From: Podarcis melisellensis | Taxonomy: Eukaryota | NCBI GenBank assembly: GCA_964234715.1 | Contig: OZ174276.1 | Length of the DNA: 64,000 nt | Reading direction: 5' to 3' (one strand) | Shown: positions 55,101-64,000 of the stretch, piece by piece | Layout of the letters: each line of letters starts with the position of its first letter | Position numbering within the stretch: the first letter of the stretch is position 1 | Program-made: the position numbers and the translations under genes | Notes under the pieces: generated by a model | Databases searched by the model: none | Told to the model about the DNA's origin: nothing | What the model saw: only the letters and a program-made list of their open reading frames with translations

Positions 55101-58100
55101 CAAAAGTGTTACCAGACCCCTGAAATCAGGGACAAACTATGAGTTCAATCTGTAGAAAGAAGTATAACCCAAATCTATGAACTAAGACCAGTTCAGGAAC
55201 AAAACAAGCTTTCTTGAGAAGTCATCTTCCTTGGAGACATTCGAGAAAAGCACTGAAAAGAAATCCATCAGAGGCTGCTCCCTTGTTTATGACGTGGGTA
55301 GAATGAGATGACCACATGATACACTTTTTCCTACTTTAAAACTTTTTTAGGGATCTGTTTCTTGAAAGCAGACTTCCCTGGAATGACATCTTTTCATGCA
55401 CATCCAGACTAAGAATCTTTTCCAGATTGCATCTCCTATGTCAATTTTTTCCCTTTTCTCGTTCCCTCCCCCTCCTCCTCCTCCTCTCCCAGCATCTACG
55501 AGTTCTGGTTGACCCCAAAACAGGACTCCTGAAGGAGATCCAGAACCTGGATAAGAACATCTCCTTGCCAGTGTCTCAGAACTTTTTCTGGTGAGTTGTC
55601 TTCTGCTTCGAAAGGGAGCAGCTTTGGGAAGCAGTGTGGAAGGGAGCTCTCTACCTGGACTTCCTGGCTGCGAGCGGGACTCTTGCCCCTGTGGAAGGTG
55701 GATATTAAAGATGGGCTGGCTGTCTTTATACTTTCCTGCTTGAAAATTTTCAGTAGTTGGTGGGGAACTTGTTATAGCTGCATCACCAGTTCTGTCCATT
55801 GGCTGACTTCTTCAGGTACAATGCCAGCGCTGGGAATGAAGAGAATTCCCAGGCCTCTGGGGCCTACATCTTCCGCCCAGACACCTCTCAGACCTTCCCC
55901 ATTGCCAAGGGAGCCCAGGTGCACCATGTGAAGGTAGGAAAAACCAGCAGAAGACGGAACAAATACTGGCTGAGGGATGATCATAAGCCTAGAAGGGCTG
56001 CTAGCCTGTCCAGGGAACTGACCCAGTCACCAAGGGCCTGAAGAGCTTTGGATAGAAAGATGGTGGCTACATCCAAGCTGGCTCTCTTAAGTGGTCTGTA
56101 CCCTAATAAATCCCACGTTCATTAACAGTGAATCCCACAACCAGAGCATGCTGAATGTCTTGTATGGCTTTGCTGGGCATTTCTGCATAGTTTGGGCTGC
56201 AGAAACAGTGTTGCCTTGCCACTGAATGCTCAGTGTTTCACTGTGGCCTAAAGAGACAGAAGAGAATTGAAGTTGCAGAGTGGAGCATAGGAGATGAGAA
56301 AGTTATGGCGGTATAGGAGAGAATGAGGAAGAGATTGGAAGCTGTCACAGCTCCCAGCCCCGTTTTCATGGATGTTTTGTCATGTATGTTGCTTTTGAGT
56401 CTTCATGTTTTACCATCCACAACCAGAATTTTTTTGTGTAATTATTCTGCACAAATACTGGTTCCATTTTAATTTCTGTGGTGGCCAAACTGCAGTTACT
56501 AGGGCTTGGTAGGTAGTGAAAACAGGCTTTGTTCCTCCTTGGATTTCTGCTGGTGGCTCTTGAGTGATTGGGGAAGGCGGATTCTGCTGCCAGACCCCAA
56601 GAGCAGAAGCATCTAATATGTACAGCAGGAGTGGCTAACCATTTCCAGGCCAAGGGCCACATTGACCCTTGGACAGCCCACCAGGGGCCAAAGTGGGGAA
56701 GGCAAGATCTGCTGTTCTCAAGGCTGATACCCAGAAGACTTTTCCCATCAGCTAGTCTACATTATTTAAAATAAGTTTATTATTGCCAGGGTTTTGTGCG
56801 GGGAAGGGGGAGGCTGCATGTTAGCCTCCTGGCTTATAGTTCTTGCCTATGCAATTTCAAGCTTAAAGTTTCTCATTCATGTGAGACAATAGAGTGCCCT
56901 GGACTACTTTGGCTACCACTTTTGTATGCCCAAAAGCCAACTTCTGAAATTCCCTCCCTCCTTCCTGCCCCCTTGTGCGCACACAGTTTCCTCAACCCCA
57001 TCCGTGCCACTTTTTATCAATAGAAGGGGCTGCATATCGATGCCAGGCAAATTAAAAAGAAAACCTGCATGTGTCTCTTATCTGGCAGACCCAAGTGGTG
57101 GAGGAGCTGTACCAGAACTTCTCTGCCTGGTGCTCCCAGGTGGTGCGACTCTACGCCGGGCAGCCCTACGTTGAGCTGGAATGGACGGTGGGGCCCATCC
57201 CTATCCAGTGAGTGTTAGGAAGCTGGGGGCGGGGGTGGGGCCTTCCCCTTGTCTTCAGAGTACATCTCTGACCACCGGGTTGTTCCACAGTGACGGTCTT
57301 GGCAAGGAGATCATCAGCCGCTTCGAGACAGACCTGCAGACTGCTGGCCGCTTCTACACAGACTCCAACGGGCGTGAGATCCTAGAGAGAAGGTACTGGC
57401 GGGAGCAGCAGGCAAAGTGAAGCCTTTGTGTCTTGGGACTGTCCCTCCATAGCCTGGACAGGAGCAGAAGATGCTAAGAGCAAAGCTGTTCTTTCTCCAT
57501 CTTGACTCTTCCTCTCCCCCATCTCCCAACAGATGTGTAATGGGGAGGGTAATACTGGATTATTGTAAGAAATTCTAAGACAATAGACATGCACTTAGGA
57601 AGAAGTGTCTTAATGTAGTTGCTGCTGCCAGCACCTTGGGGTCCATTTTGCTCTGCCTCTACCCTTCCATGTTTTGTTTTTCCCTCCTCATTCACAATAT
57701 CTGGCTGGGTGCGTCTGGGTTCCTAACTGGCTGAGGAAAGGCAAGAGGTTGATATTCCCCTTTCTCTTCTCTTTCTGCTCACCCTGGTGCAGGCGCAACT
57801 ACAGGGCCACATGGAACCTGAGCCAGACAGAGCCTGTGGCTGGCAACTACTACCCTGTCAACAGCCGTATCTACATCAAGGTAATGGCACCCCTTGCGCA
57901 CTGTGACGGCCCACCTGCAGGTCTACCAAACCGCACAGTGTAATTGTGGGAAATGTAGGGACAGGTGCTCCTCTGTTTCCAGTGAAGGTTTGGGGCAAAG
58001 GTGGAGGGAGGGGGCTGTGGGTTGTGTTCAAGTGTGTTGGGAAGGGGGGCTGAGAGAAAGGGCACACTTGCCCTGCCCTCCTGTAGCACCTAGTGAGCAG

Positions 58101-61100
58101 TGTGGCAGGAGGCTTTCTTAGTGTACACACACATGCAGCTCTGTCCTCTTGCTTTCTCTTTAATCGCTCCAGGACCAGAAGGTGCAGCTGACTGTGCTGA
58201 CGGACCGCTCGCAGGGAGGCAGCAGTGTCTTTGACGGCTCTCTTGAGCTCATGGTGAGCGCAGCAGGACTTCCAAGTAGGAAGAAGGGCAAACTGCCTCA
58301 GTGTCAGGCTCAGGAAGAGAAGGAACCACGGTCAAGTAGAGAGGCCCTCATAGGCCGGGTGACTGGGGGCAGCCAGAGAAAGCAGAGAGCTACCCAGTCG
58401 GGAGTCACTGAGGATGTGCAACTTTCACATTTCCTTCTGGGCAAGCTTTTGAAGTCTCCATGCCAGTGGTGGGCGGGGCCAGAGACCGAAGTGGGTGGAG
58501 TAACAAATGTAAATGCTACCTTTGTGCAGTTGGCTTGTTATACCTCTGCATCCTGTATCCAGACAGGAAGGAGGCCTTGTCAGATGCCAGGCAAACACAC
58601 TCGGGCTGCAAAGCAGGGGCAGGGAGGGATAGGGCCTGAGGTGGGGAGACCTGAGGGTGGGGTGGCCCTACCTTCAGCCCCTGACCCTGATGTTGCCCAC
58701 CCTGCCTTAAATAATAGCAAGGCCAAAGCTTATACTGGTGACTCCAGTGAAGGAATTGCTGGTTCTTCAGCATCCTAGAGTGGCACGCTCACTTTGTAGC
58801 ACCAGGCCCTGTCAGCTGCAAGGCAAGCAGACTAGCCGGACCTGCGCTACTTCTCCCAACTTGCATCCCCTCTCCCCCTTTCCTTCTTCGTGGTCTTCAG
58901 GTACATCGACGGCTGCTGCATGACGATAGCCGGGGCGTAGGGGAGCCACTGCTGGAACCTGGCGACTTCCACCATGGGCTGGTGGTGCGGGGTCGCCACC
59001 TCATCCTCTTGGACACAGCAGAGTCGTCAGCTGAGCAGCACCGCCTGTGGGCTCAGCAGGAGTTCATGGCACCACAGCTGGTGTTGGCCCCTGGCGAGGG
59101 GCCTCCATACCAGCCTGGCCAGGACAACGTGAAGGAGGTGAGGGAACGGTTGGGAAAGCAATGTAGTCAGTTGGCTGTGGCTGCCAGTTGCACACACTCA
59201 AGGCCTTTGCATGTGCAGCTCTGTGGGCGAGCTCATGCTTGGCATGCAAAATGGTGCCACCTAAAGAGGGCAGAGCTGGGAGTGGTCTCTGCCCCAACCT
59301 TTGGAAAGGTGCTCTCATTCAAAGTCAGTGTGTTGATGCTCACCTTTAAAGCCCTAAAAGCCCTAAATGGCCTCGGTCCAGTATAGCTGAAGGAGCGTCT
59401 CCACCCCCAGTGTTCTGCCTGGACACTGAGGTCTAGCGCCAAGGGCCTTCTGGTGGTTCCCTCACTGCGAGAAGCCAAGTTACAGGGAACCAGGCAGAGG
59501 GCCTTCTCCGTAGTGGCGCCCACCCTGTGGAACGCCCTCCCACCAGATGTCAAAGAGAAGAACAACTACCAGATTTTTAGAAGACTTCTGAAGGCAGCCC
59601 TCTTTCGGGAAACTTTTAATGTTTAACAGACTACTATATTTTAATACTTTGTTGGAAGCCACCCAGAGTGGCTGGGGAAACCCAGCCAGATGGGCGGGGT
59701 ATAAATAATTTATTATTATTATTATGGTACTAGGTTAGATAACCCATGACTCTCCAAACAAGGCAGATTCTCATATTGCTCTACAAGTCTGGGCCCAGAA
59801 TATCTTGGGCAACACATTTCTTTGTATAAATCACATCCCACCCACTAGTCCACAAAACTTTCTTAGGAAATGATGTGATCCAAAAAGAACAATTCATTGG
59901 CAGGTGGGGACACAGATGTTGTATTCTTAGAATGTGTTTATTCTTGAGCCCCTTTTACTGACTTTCACAACGTATTTGTCTCACTTTTTTCTTACTTTAT
60001 TGCTTTGAAATGGCTGATCAGTAAAGTAAAAGCTGGTGAATCTCAGCTCTGTTCTAATTGGGTAGTGTCATATTACGATGCTTGTCTGATTGACTCTCTC
60101 CTTCCCCAATCCCAGTTCTCTGCTCTGCACCAGGCTCTCCCTTCAAATGTCCACTTGCTTACGCTGGCCCAATGGGAGCCTGACTCCGTTCTCATCCGTC
60201 TGGAGCACCAGTTTGAAAGGGGGGAGAGCGCCAATGGCTCCATGCCTGCTGTTGTTAACTTGCTGGTAGGTCTCTTTTGTAATATTCTTCACATCCCTTT
60301 ACAAGAAAGCCTATGAGGCATGCCAGCATTTATTTCTCTTGTCTTGCAAATGAGGGAAGGAAGCTAGCTCACAATGAGTGACTTACTGGAGGCACTCTAG
60401 TGAATTTATTGGCTGTTTAAGTAAGGAGTTTAGCACTGAGCTATAACTTCAACTAACAGGATGATATGGAATCTCTTTGAGTTGTCACCATATCCTGTAT
60501 GGCTTTTATCTCCACACCCTAGAACTTGTTCTCATCTTTCAACATCATCAGTGTGCAAGAGATGAACTTGGCTGCTAACCAGAAGCTGGAAGACGTGAAC
60601 AGGCTGATCTGGCAGCCAGCTGAAGGTAAATCTTCAACTCTGAATGTTGCTACTGTGACAGACTTGATGGGCCATATCTGTTGCTATAAGAGGAAGATGG
60701 CCAGCGGTGACCAAAAATCCCACAAATCACTGGGCAATACCCTCTGCTAGATCCATTGAAACCAAGTTACTTAAGTCAAATCCATAGACTTCAGTGGGTC
60801 TACAATGCATGCGACCATGGTGGCTCACTACTCTAAACTACAGTAGCACAGAACCCATCTTCCTCTGAGGTAATCCTTCACACCAACTATAATAATTGGC
60901 TATGTCTTTGCTTACAGCACTAAACTGCTTTGATCCTTGTGTCCTAAGCAGCAGAGGTGTTCATAATGACAACGGTTCATACGTGTAAGAATGCTATTGT
61001 GAAAAAAACAGCCTTTGGTCAAGCCAGTCCATTCCACCTCTGGAACAGGGTGAATTTGGTACCATCCTGCTCATGTGACTATCAATTATATAGATAAAGG

Positions 61101-62744
61101 ACCCCTGGACAGTTAAGTCCAAAGGCGACTATAGGGTCATGTGGCCAGCATGACTAAACCACTTCTGGTGCAACAGAACACCATGATGGAACCCAGAGCG
61201 CACAGAGTGGGTGGTGCTGTGGTCTAAACCACGGCGCCTCTTGGGCTTGCTGATCGGAAGGTCGGCAGTTTGAATCCGTGCAACGGAGTGAGCTCCTGTT
61301 GCTCTGTCACAACTTCTGCCAACCTAGCAGTTCAAAAGCACACCAGTGCAAGTAGATAAATAGGTACCACTGTGGTTAGAAGGTAAATGGCATTTCCATG
61401 CGCTCTGGCTTCTGTCACAGTGTTCCGTTGCACCAGAAGCGGTTTAGTCATGCTGGCCACATGACCCGGAAAGCTGTCTATGGACAAACGCTGGCTCCCT
61501 CGGCCTGAAGTGAGATGAGCACTGCAACACTATTAGTCACCTTTGACTGGACTTAACCATCCAGGGGTCCTTTACCTAATTATATAACTGTCCCCCAAAG
61601 CTGCATAAGATCCCAGAATTCCCTGTGTCTCATATAGATAACCATGCATCACTGAAACAGTTTAGACCAAACTTACTGTGCAGTGGTTGCTTCTAATGTT
61701 GTCAGATTCTGATTCTGGGTGTGTGAATAACAGTCTCCCCAAGGCAGAGGGGCTCAGTCCTGTTTCTTTCCCCCTTCCACTGACACTTGAAATCCCATAG
61801 GAAGCTGCCTAATATTAAGTCTGACCAGAGGCTCATCTGCCTCATTACTGTCTACACCAGGGGTCGGCCACTTAAGGCCCATGGGCCACAAGTGGCCCAT
61901 GGCAGTCGTTTAACCAGCCCATGAGCTGCCCCTGAATCGAGCCGCCCGCTCGGCGAATCCCCACGTGCTGCACTAAACCAGCGCAGCACGGGGACTTGCT
62001 TTTGCAGCACCAGAAATCACGGGGGGGCGTGCCCATGGAAGGATCTCCGCTGGAGTGAACCGGGCCCAGGCAAGGTAAACCTTGCCAACCCCTGGTCTAC
62101 ACTGGCTAGCAGCAGCCCTCCAAAGCTCCAAGCAGCAACCTTTTCTAGTTTTACCTGGAGGTGTTGAACCTGGGGCAAAGCAGATGCTCTCCCAGTGACC
62201 TATGGCCTGCCTTATTAGATTCCTATTAGTTATTCCTGCTGTAGCCTACATGAAGATATGAAGCTACTAGGTGAGGCAGAAGGTGTATGCCCTTTTTTCC
62301 ACCAGCTCTGTTGCAGGGATCTGTCCTTCCCAGTTATAAGATTGACTACCCTTGCCAGTTAGCTGGTAATCATCTGCATGTAACTCACAGGCTTTCCACT
62401 AAATGCTAGCTATTGACTCCCAGATGCAAGGGACTTGAAGCCACAGGATCATGTATGTAAGCTAAGACCAATTGCATTAATTAGTCGACCAAAGGTACTT
62501 GTGCCATTGCTTATCTACTTCATTAGATGTACAATGAGTCCTATTATTTCTTTCCAAAAGCGTCTTATCGACAAGGGACTGGGGTTCCAATATTGTCTTT
62601 CCTAAACTCCTTCTATCCACAGGAGCAGCAAAACAGCAGTCCAGAAGCAGGCTGGACCCAACACACATTGCACTGCAACCCATGGAGATCCGGACATTCC
62701 TGGCTCGTATTCAGCACAAAACAAGGCCTGGCAGAGAGATCTGA
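41553..62744 (+). CDS. MAN2B1: MAN2B1 lysosomal alpha-mannosidase (GH38), complete, 24 exons, 996 aa
   Basis: 24 GT-AG exons sum to 2991 nt in an uninterrupted frame. Signal-peptide-like N-terminus; HTHDDVGW (Zn ligands), WHIDPFGH (nucleophile Asp), MGSDF (acid/base), [10 protein letters not shown]-terminal LQPMEIRTF. Confidence 0.97.
44273..44310 (+). repeat. (TCTA)n microsatellite, about 9.5 units
   Basis: Direct read; ends 13 nt before MAN2B1 exon 2. Confidence 0.97.
44324..44426 (+). CDS. MAN2B1: MAN2B1 exon 2
   Basis: [34 protein letters not shown]; ttttag / gtgagt. Confidence 0.96.
44906..45146. mobile_element. Tc1/mariner MITE, related subfamily in opposite orientation
   Basis: TA|CAGTGGTACCT...AGGTACCACTG|TA. 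Confidence 0.85.
45823..45996 (+). CDS. MAN2B1: MAN2B1 exon 3
   Basis: [40 protein letters not shown]...LVAE; ttgcag / gtaagt. Confidence 0.96.
46811..47004 (+). CDS. MAN2B1: MAN2B1 exon 4 (catalytic nucleophile)
   Basis: [15 protein letters not shown]...[19 protein letters not shown]; ggtag / gtcagc. Confidence 0.97.
47120..47252 (+). CDS. MAN2B1: MAN2B1 exon 5
   Basis: [16 protein letters not shown]...PAADLFT; ctcaag / gtgagc. Confidence 0.96.
47943..47981 (+). repeat. (CT)n microsatellite
   Basis: Direct read. Confidence 0.95.
48117..48259 (+). CDS. MAN2B1: MAN2B1 exon 6
   Basis: [24 protein letters not shown]...GTAAAQ; tggcag / gttaga. Confidence 0.95.
49072..49104 (+). repeat. (TG)n microsatellite
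   Basis: Direct read. Confidence 0.95.
49325..49492 (-). mobile_element. Squam3-like SINE
   Basis: Reverse complement of the 21647 head (gattgaacctgggaccttctgaatgcaaagcagatgctcttccactgagccacagcc) and the tcagaccattgatccatctagctcag core. Confidence 0.7.
49512..49715 (+). mobile_element. MIR/CORE-type SINE remnant
   Basis: tttgaatctt...aagctcactaggtggcctt...tctctcagcct...ataataatac...acagagttgttttaaggatt...agtgctttg pattern. Confidence 0.5.
50151..50267 (+). CDS. MAN2B1: MAN2B1 exon 7
   Basis: [39 protein letters not shown]; ctttag / gtattc. Confidence 0.96.
50361..50722 (-). mobile_element. Sauria SINE
   Basis: (AAAGGT)n tail at left, cctatttatctacttg core, ttcgaactgcc B-box, accacagcgccacccgcatccc head at right. 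Confidence 0.9.
51291..51373 (+). CDS. MAN2B1: MAN2B1 exon 8
   Basis: [27 protein letters not shown]; ttgcag / gtgaga. Confidence 0.95.
52471..52591 (+). CDS. MAN2B1: MAN2B1 exon 9
   Basis: [40 protein letters not shown]; gggcag / gtcagt. Confidence 0.96.
52791..52869 (+). CDS. MAN2B1: MAN2B1 exon 10
   Basis: [26 protein letters not shown]; ttgcag / gtaggt. Confidence 0.94.
53283..53392 (+). CDS. MAN2B1: MAN2B1 exon 11
   Basis: [36 protein letters not shown]; ttgcag / gtgtgt. Confidence 0.96.
53757..53864 (+). CDS. MAN2B1: MAN2B1 exon 12
   Basis: [36 protein letters not shown]; ttgcag / gtaagg. Confidence 0.94.
54058..54174 (+). CDS. MAN2B1: MAN2B1 exon 13
   Basis: [39 protein letters not shown]; ttgcag / gtagga. 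Confidence 0.95.
54525..54737 (+). CDS. MAN2B1: MAN2B1 exon 14
   Basis: [38 protein letters not shown]...SIQNE; ttccag / gtattc. Confidence 0.93.
55493..55590 (+). CDS. MAN2B1: MAN2B1 exon 15
   Basis: [32 protein letters not shown]; tcccag / gtgagt. Confidence 0.95.
55816..55933 (+). CDS. MAN2B1: MAN2B1 exon 16
   Basis: [39 protein letters not shown]; cttcag / gtagga. Confidence 0.96.
57089..57207 (+). CDS. MAN2B1: MAN2B1 exon 17
   Basis: [39 protein letters not shown]; tggcag / gtgagt. Confidence 0.96.
57291..57392 (+). CDS. MAN2B1: MAN2B1 exon 18
   Basis: [33 protein letters not shown]; ccacag / gtactg. Confidence 0.96.
57793..57880 (+). CDS. MAN2B1: MAN2B1 exon 19
   Basis: [29 protein letters not shown]; gtgcag / gtaatg. 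Confidence 0.96.
58173..58253 (+). CDS. MAN2B1: MAN2B1 exon 20
   Basis: [27 protein letters not shown]; ctccag / gtgagc. Confidence 0.96.
58901..59137 (+). CDS. MAN2B1: MAN2B1 exon 21
   Basis: [19 protein letters not shown]...[11 protein letters not shown]...DNVKE; cttcag / gtgagg. Confidence 0.95.
59317..59723 (+). mobile_element. 5'-truncated L2-clade LINE, near-identical family to 2363-2902
   Basis: [16 protein letters not shown]...; same 3'UTR and (TTA)n tail. Confidence 0.85.
60116..60265 (+). CDS. MAN2B1: MAN2B1 exon 22
   Basis: [37 protein letters not shown]...VNLL; tcccag / gtaggt. Confidence 0.95.
60523..60625 (+). CDS. MAN2B1: MAN2B1 exon 23
   Basis: [34 protein letters not shown]; ccctag / gtaaat. 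Confidence 0.95.
61093..61577. mobile_element. Composite Sauria SINE: inverted 3' fragment (61093-61206, -) joined to a full-length copy (61207-61577, +)
   Basis: SINE tails at both outer ends; single flanking direct repeat AATTATATA at 61084-61092 and 61578-61586. Confidence 0.85.
61858..62094. mobile_element. hAT MITE nested in a minus-strand Squam3-like SINE (about 61796-62208)
   Basis: TIRs CAGGGGTCGGC / GCCAACCCCTG; perfect 8-bp TSD GTCTACAC at 61850-61857 and 62095-62102. Confidence 0.85.
62623..62744 (+). CDS. MAN2B1: MAN2B1 exon 24 (terminal coding)
   Basis: ccacag|GA GCA GCA...[33 protein letters not shown](62742-62744); this frame is not in the ORF track. Confidence 0.94.
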
Positions 62745-63090
62745 GCAGAGGGATTAATGTTCCACCTCTTACTCCGTCCAAATGGAGTTGCATCAAGCAA
62801 GGGCAGGACACTGGAGCTCTTGACAGGGCCTTTTCAATGGAGATGAAATGATTTCTCTCCAAGCCAAGACATTCTCGTGGAGAGAGGATTCTTTTAGGCT
62901 GCTAAAAGGCAGTAGAATCAGCTTCTGTGAACTTCTGCAATGATTTTGGTGAATAAGGGATCACTGTAAAAATGCCTTTAGACTCCCTTTCCCTCCACAC
63001 CTGCACACCAAAGAAACTTGGATCATTTTCAGGGGAGGGTGTGGAGTTGGTGAGTACTTGGGCTACCGTAAGTGCAATCATTACCTTTTC

Positions 63091-63096
63091 AATAAA
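63091..63096 (+). terminator. MAN2B1 candidate polyadenylation signal
   Basis: First AATAAA about 350 nt after the stop; a second at 63921-63926. Confidence 0.6.
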
Positions 63097-63153
63097 CCAC
63101 TTAAAAACACACTGCAACATTCTGCTTTTAGACCCCAGTCTAGCATCTAAGTA

Positions 63154-63378
63154 CAGTGGTACCTCGGGTTACATACCCTTCAGGTTACAGACTCCACTAA
63201 CCCAGAAATAGTGCTTCAGGTTAAGAACTTTGCTTCAGGATGAGAACAGAAATCATGTTCTGGCGTGCGGCAGCAGCAGGAGGCCCCATTAGCTAAAGTG
63301 GTGCTTCAGGTGAAGAACAGTTTCAGGTTAAGAACGGACTTCCAGAACGAATTCAGTTCTTAACCCGAGGTGCCACTG
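63154..63378. mobile_element. Tc1/mariner MITE, same family as 21813 and 25899
   Basis: TA|CAGTGGTACCTCGGG...CCCGAGGTGCCACTG|TA. Confidence 0.88.
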
Positions 63379-64000
63379 TACACAATAAGAGGGCGAAACA
63401 GGCAGTTTTGTTTCTTTTAACATACCATCTTTCTAGGGCTTCAGACAGAGAGGTCTTTGCCAGCCCAGTCTGGCAGAGCCAGGATTTCAATCTTGGGAGT
63501 TGTTGCAGCATGCAAAGGATTTGGCTTTACCCTGACTCATTATTGCACATGCCATTAGGCTGGAGCCTGTGGTGCTAAACAGTGTAACTGTGAGGAAGCA
63601 ACAGGGTTTCTTAATACTGCTACTGTCTATTCACTAGATTCTCAGACTTGACCTTCCACTATTTAGAATGGATAAACATCAACAGTGAAGCAGTGCATGA
63701 GGATGTTCTTAAAATATCATTTTGGGGATGTAATAGGGTCATCTCCCCGCAACAGTACTTGAAGAGCCTGACAGTTCAGTAGGCTCACAGGGCAGGCAGC
63801 TGACCTACTAGAGAGCAGTTTGAACATGATCAGGTAGAAAACATCTAGCAAACCAAGAACCATCAAAAGCTAACACCATTGTTTAATGGCAGGCACATCA
63901 TAAATGGACAGTCATTTGAAAATAAAGGCTCTCCATTTAGCACAAATATATAAAACAAAAGGGAGCAGATACCAAAGACTGTTTCTCATCAAGATGGTGC

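Overview
Vertebrate genomic DNA, not microbial. The repeats (Sauria SINEs with (ACCTTT)n tails, Squam3-like SINEs, L2/CR1 LINE fragments, hAT and Tc1/mariner MITEs) point to a squamate, probably a lacertid lizard (inference). Two genes lie in tandem on the + strand. (1) The 3' end of CACNA1A (Cav2.1, P/Q-type Ca2+ channel alpha1A): exons equivalent to human 38-47 at 4919-35078, plus 3'UTR. (2) A complete 24-exon MAN2B1 (lysosomal alpha-mannosidase, GH38), CDS 41553-62744, 2991 nt/996 aa, with a CpG-rich promoter carrying CCAAT, GC and CLEAR/M-box motifs. Exon boundaries were read by hand from splice signals and frame continuity. Exon numbering and comparisons to human come from recall, not a database search. 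Most ORF-track entries are spurious. The most interesting leads concern CACNA1A C-terminal splicing: a candidate modular in-frame microexon/recursive site in intron 46 (29187-29210), a candidate RBFOX-flanked 28-nt poison exon (4202-4229), a GC donor, a duplicated donor carrying a stop, the conserved three-acceptor GGCAG switch, two CAG/polyQ tracts, and a C-terminus ending DDCC rather than the usual PDZ ligand DDWC. A fold-back Sauria SINE composite lies in MAN2B1 intron 23. None of these candidates is confirmed without RNA or comparative data.
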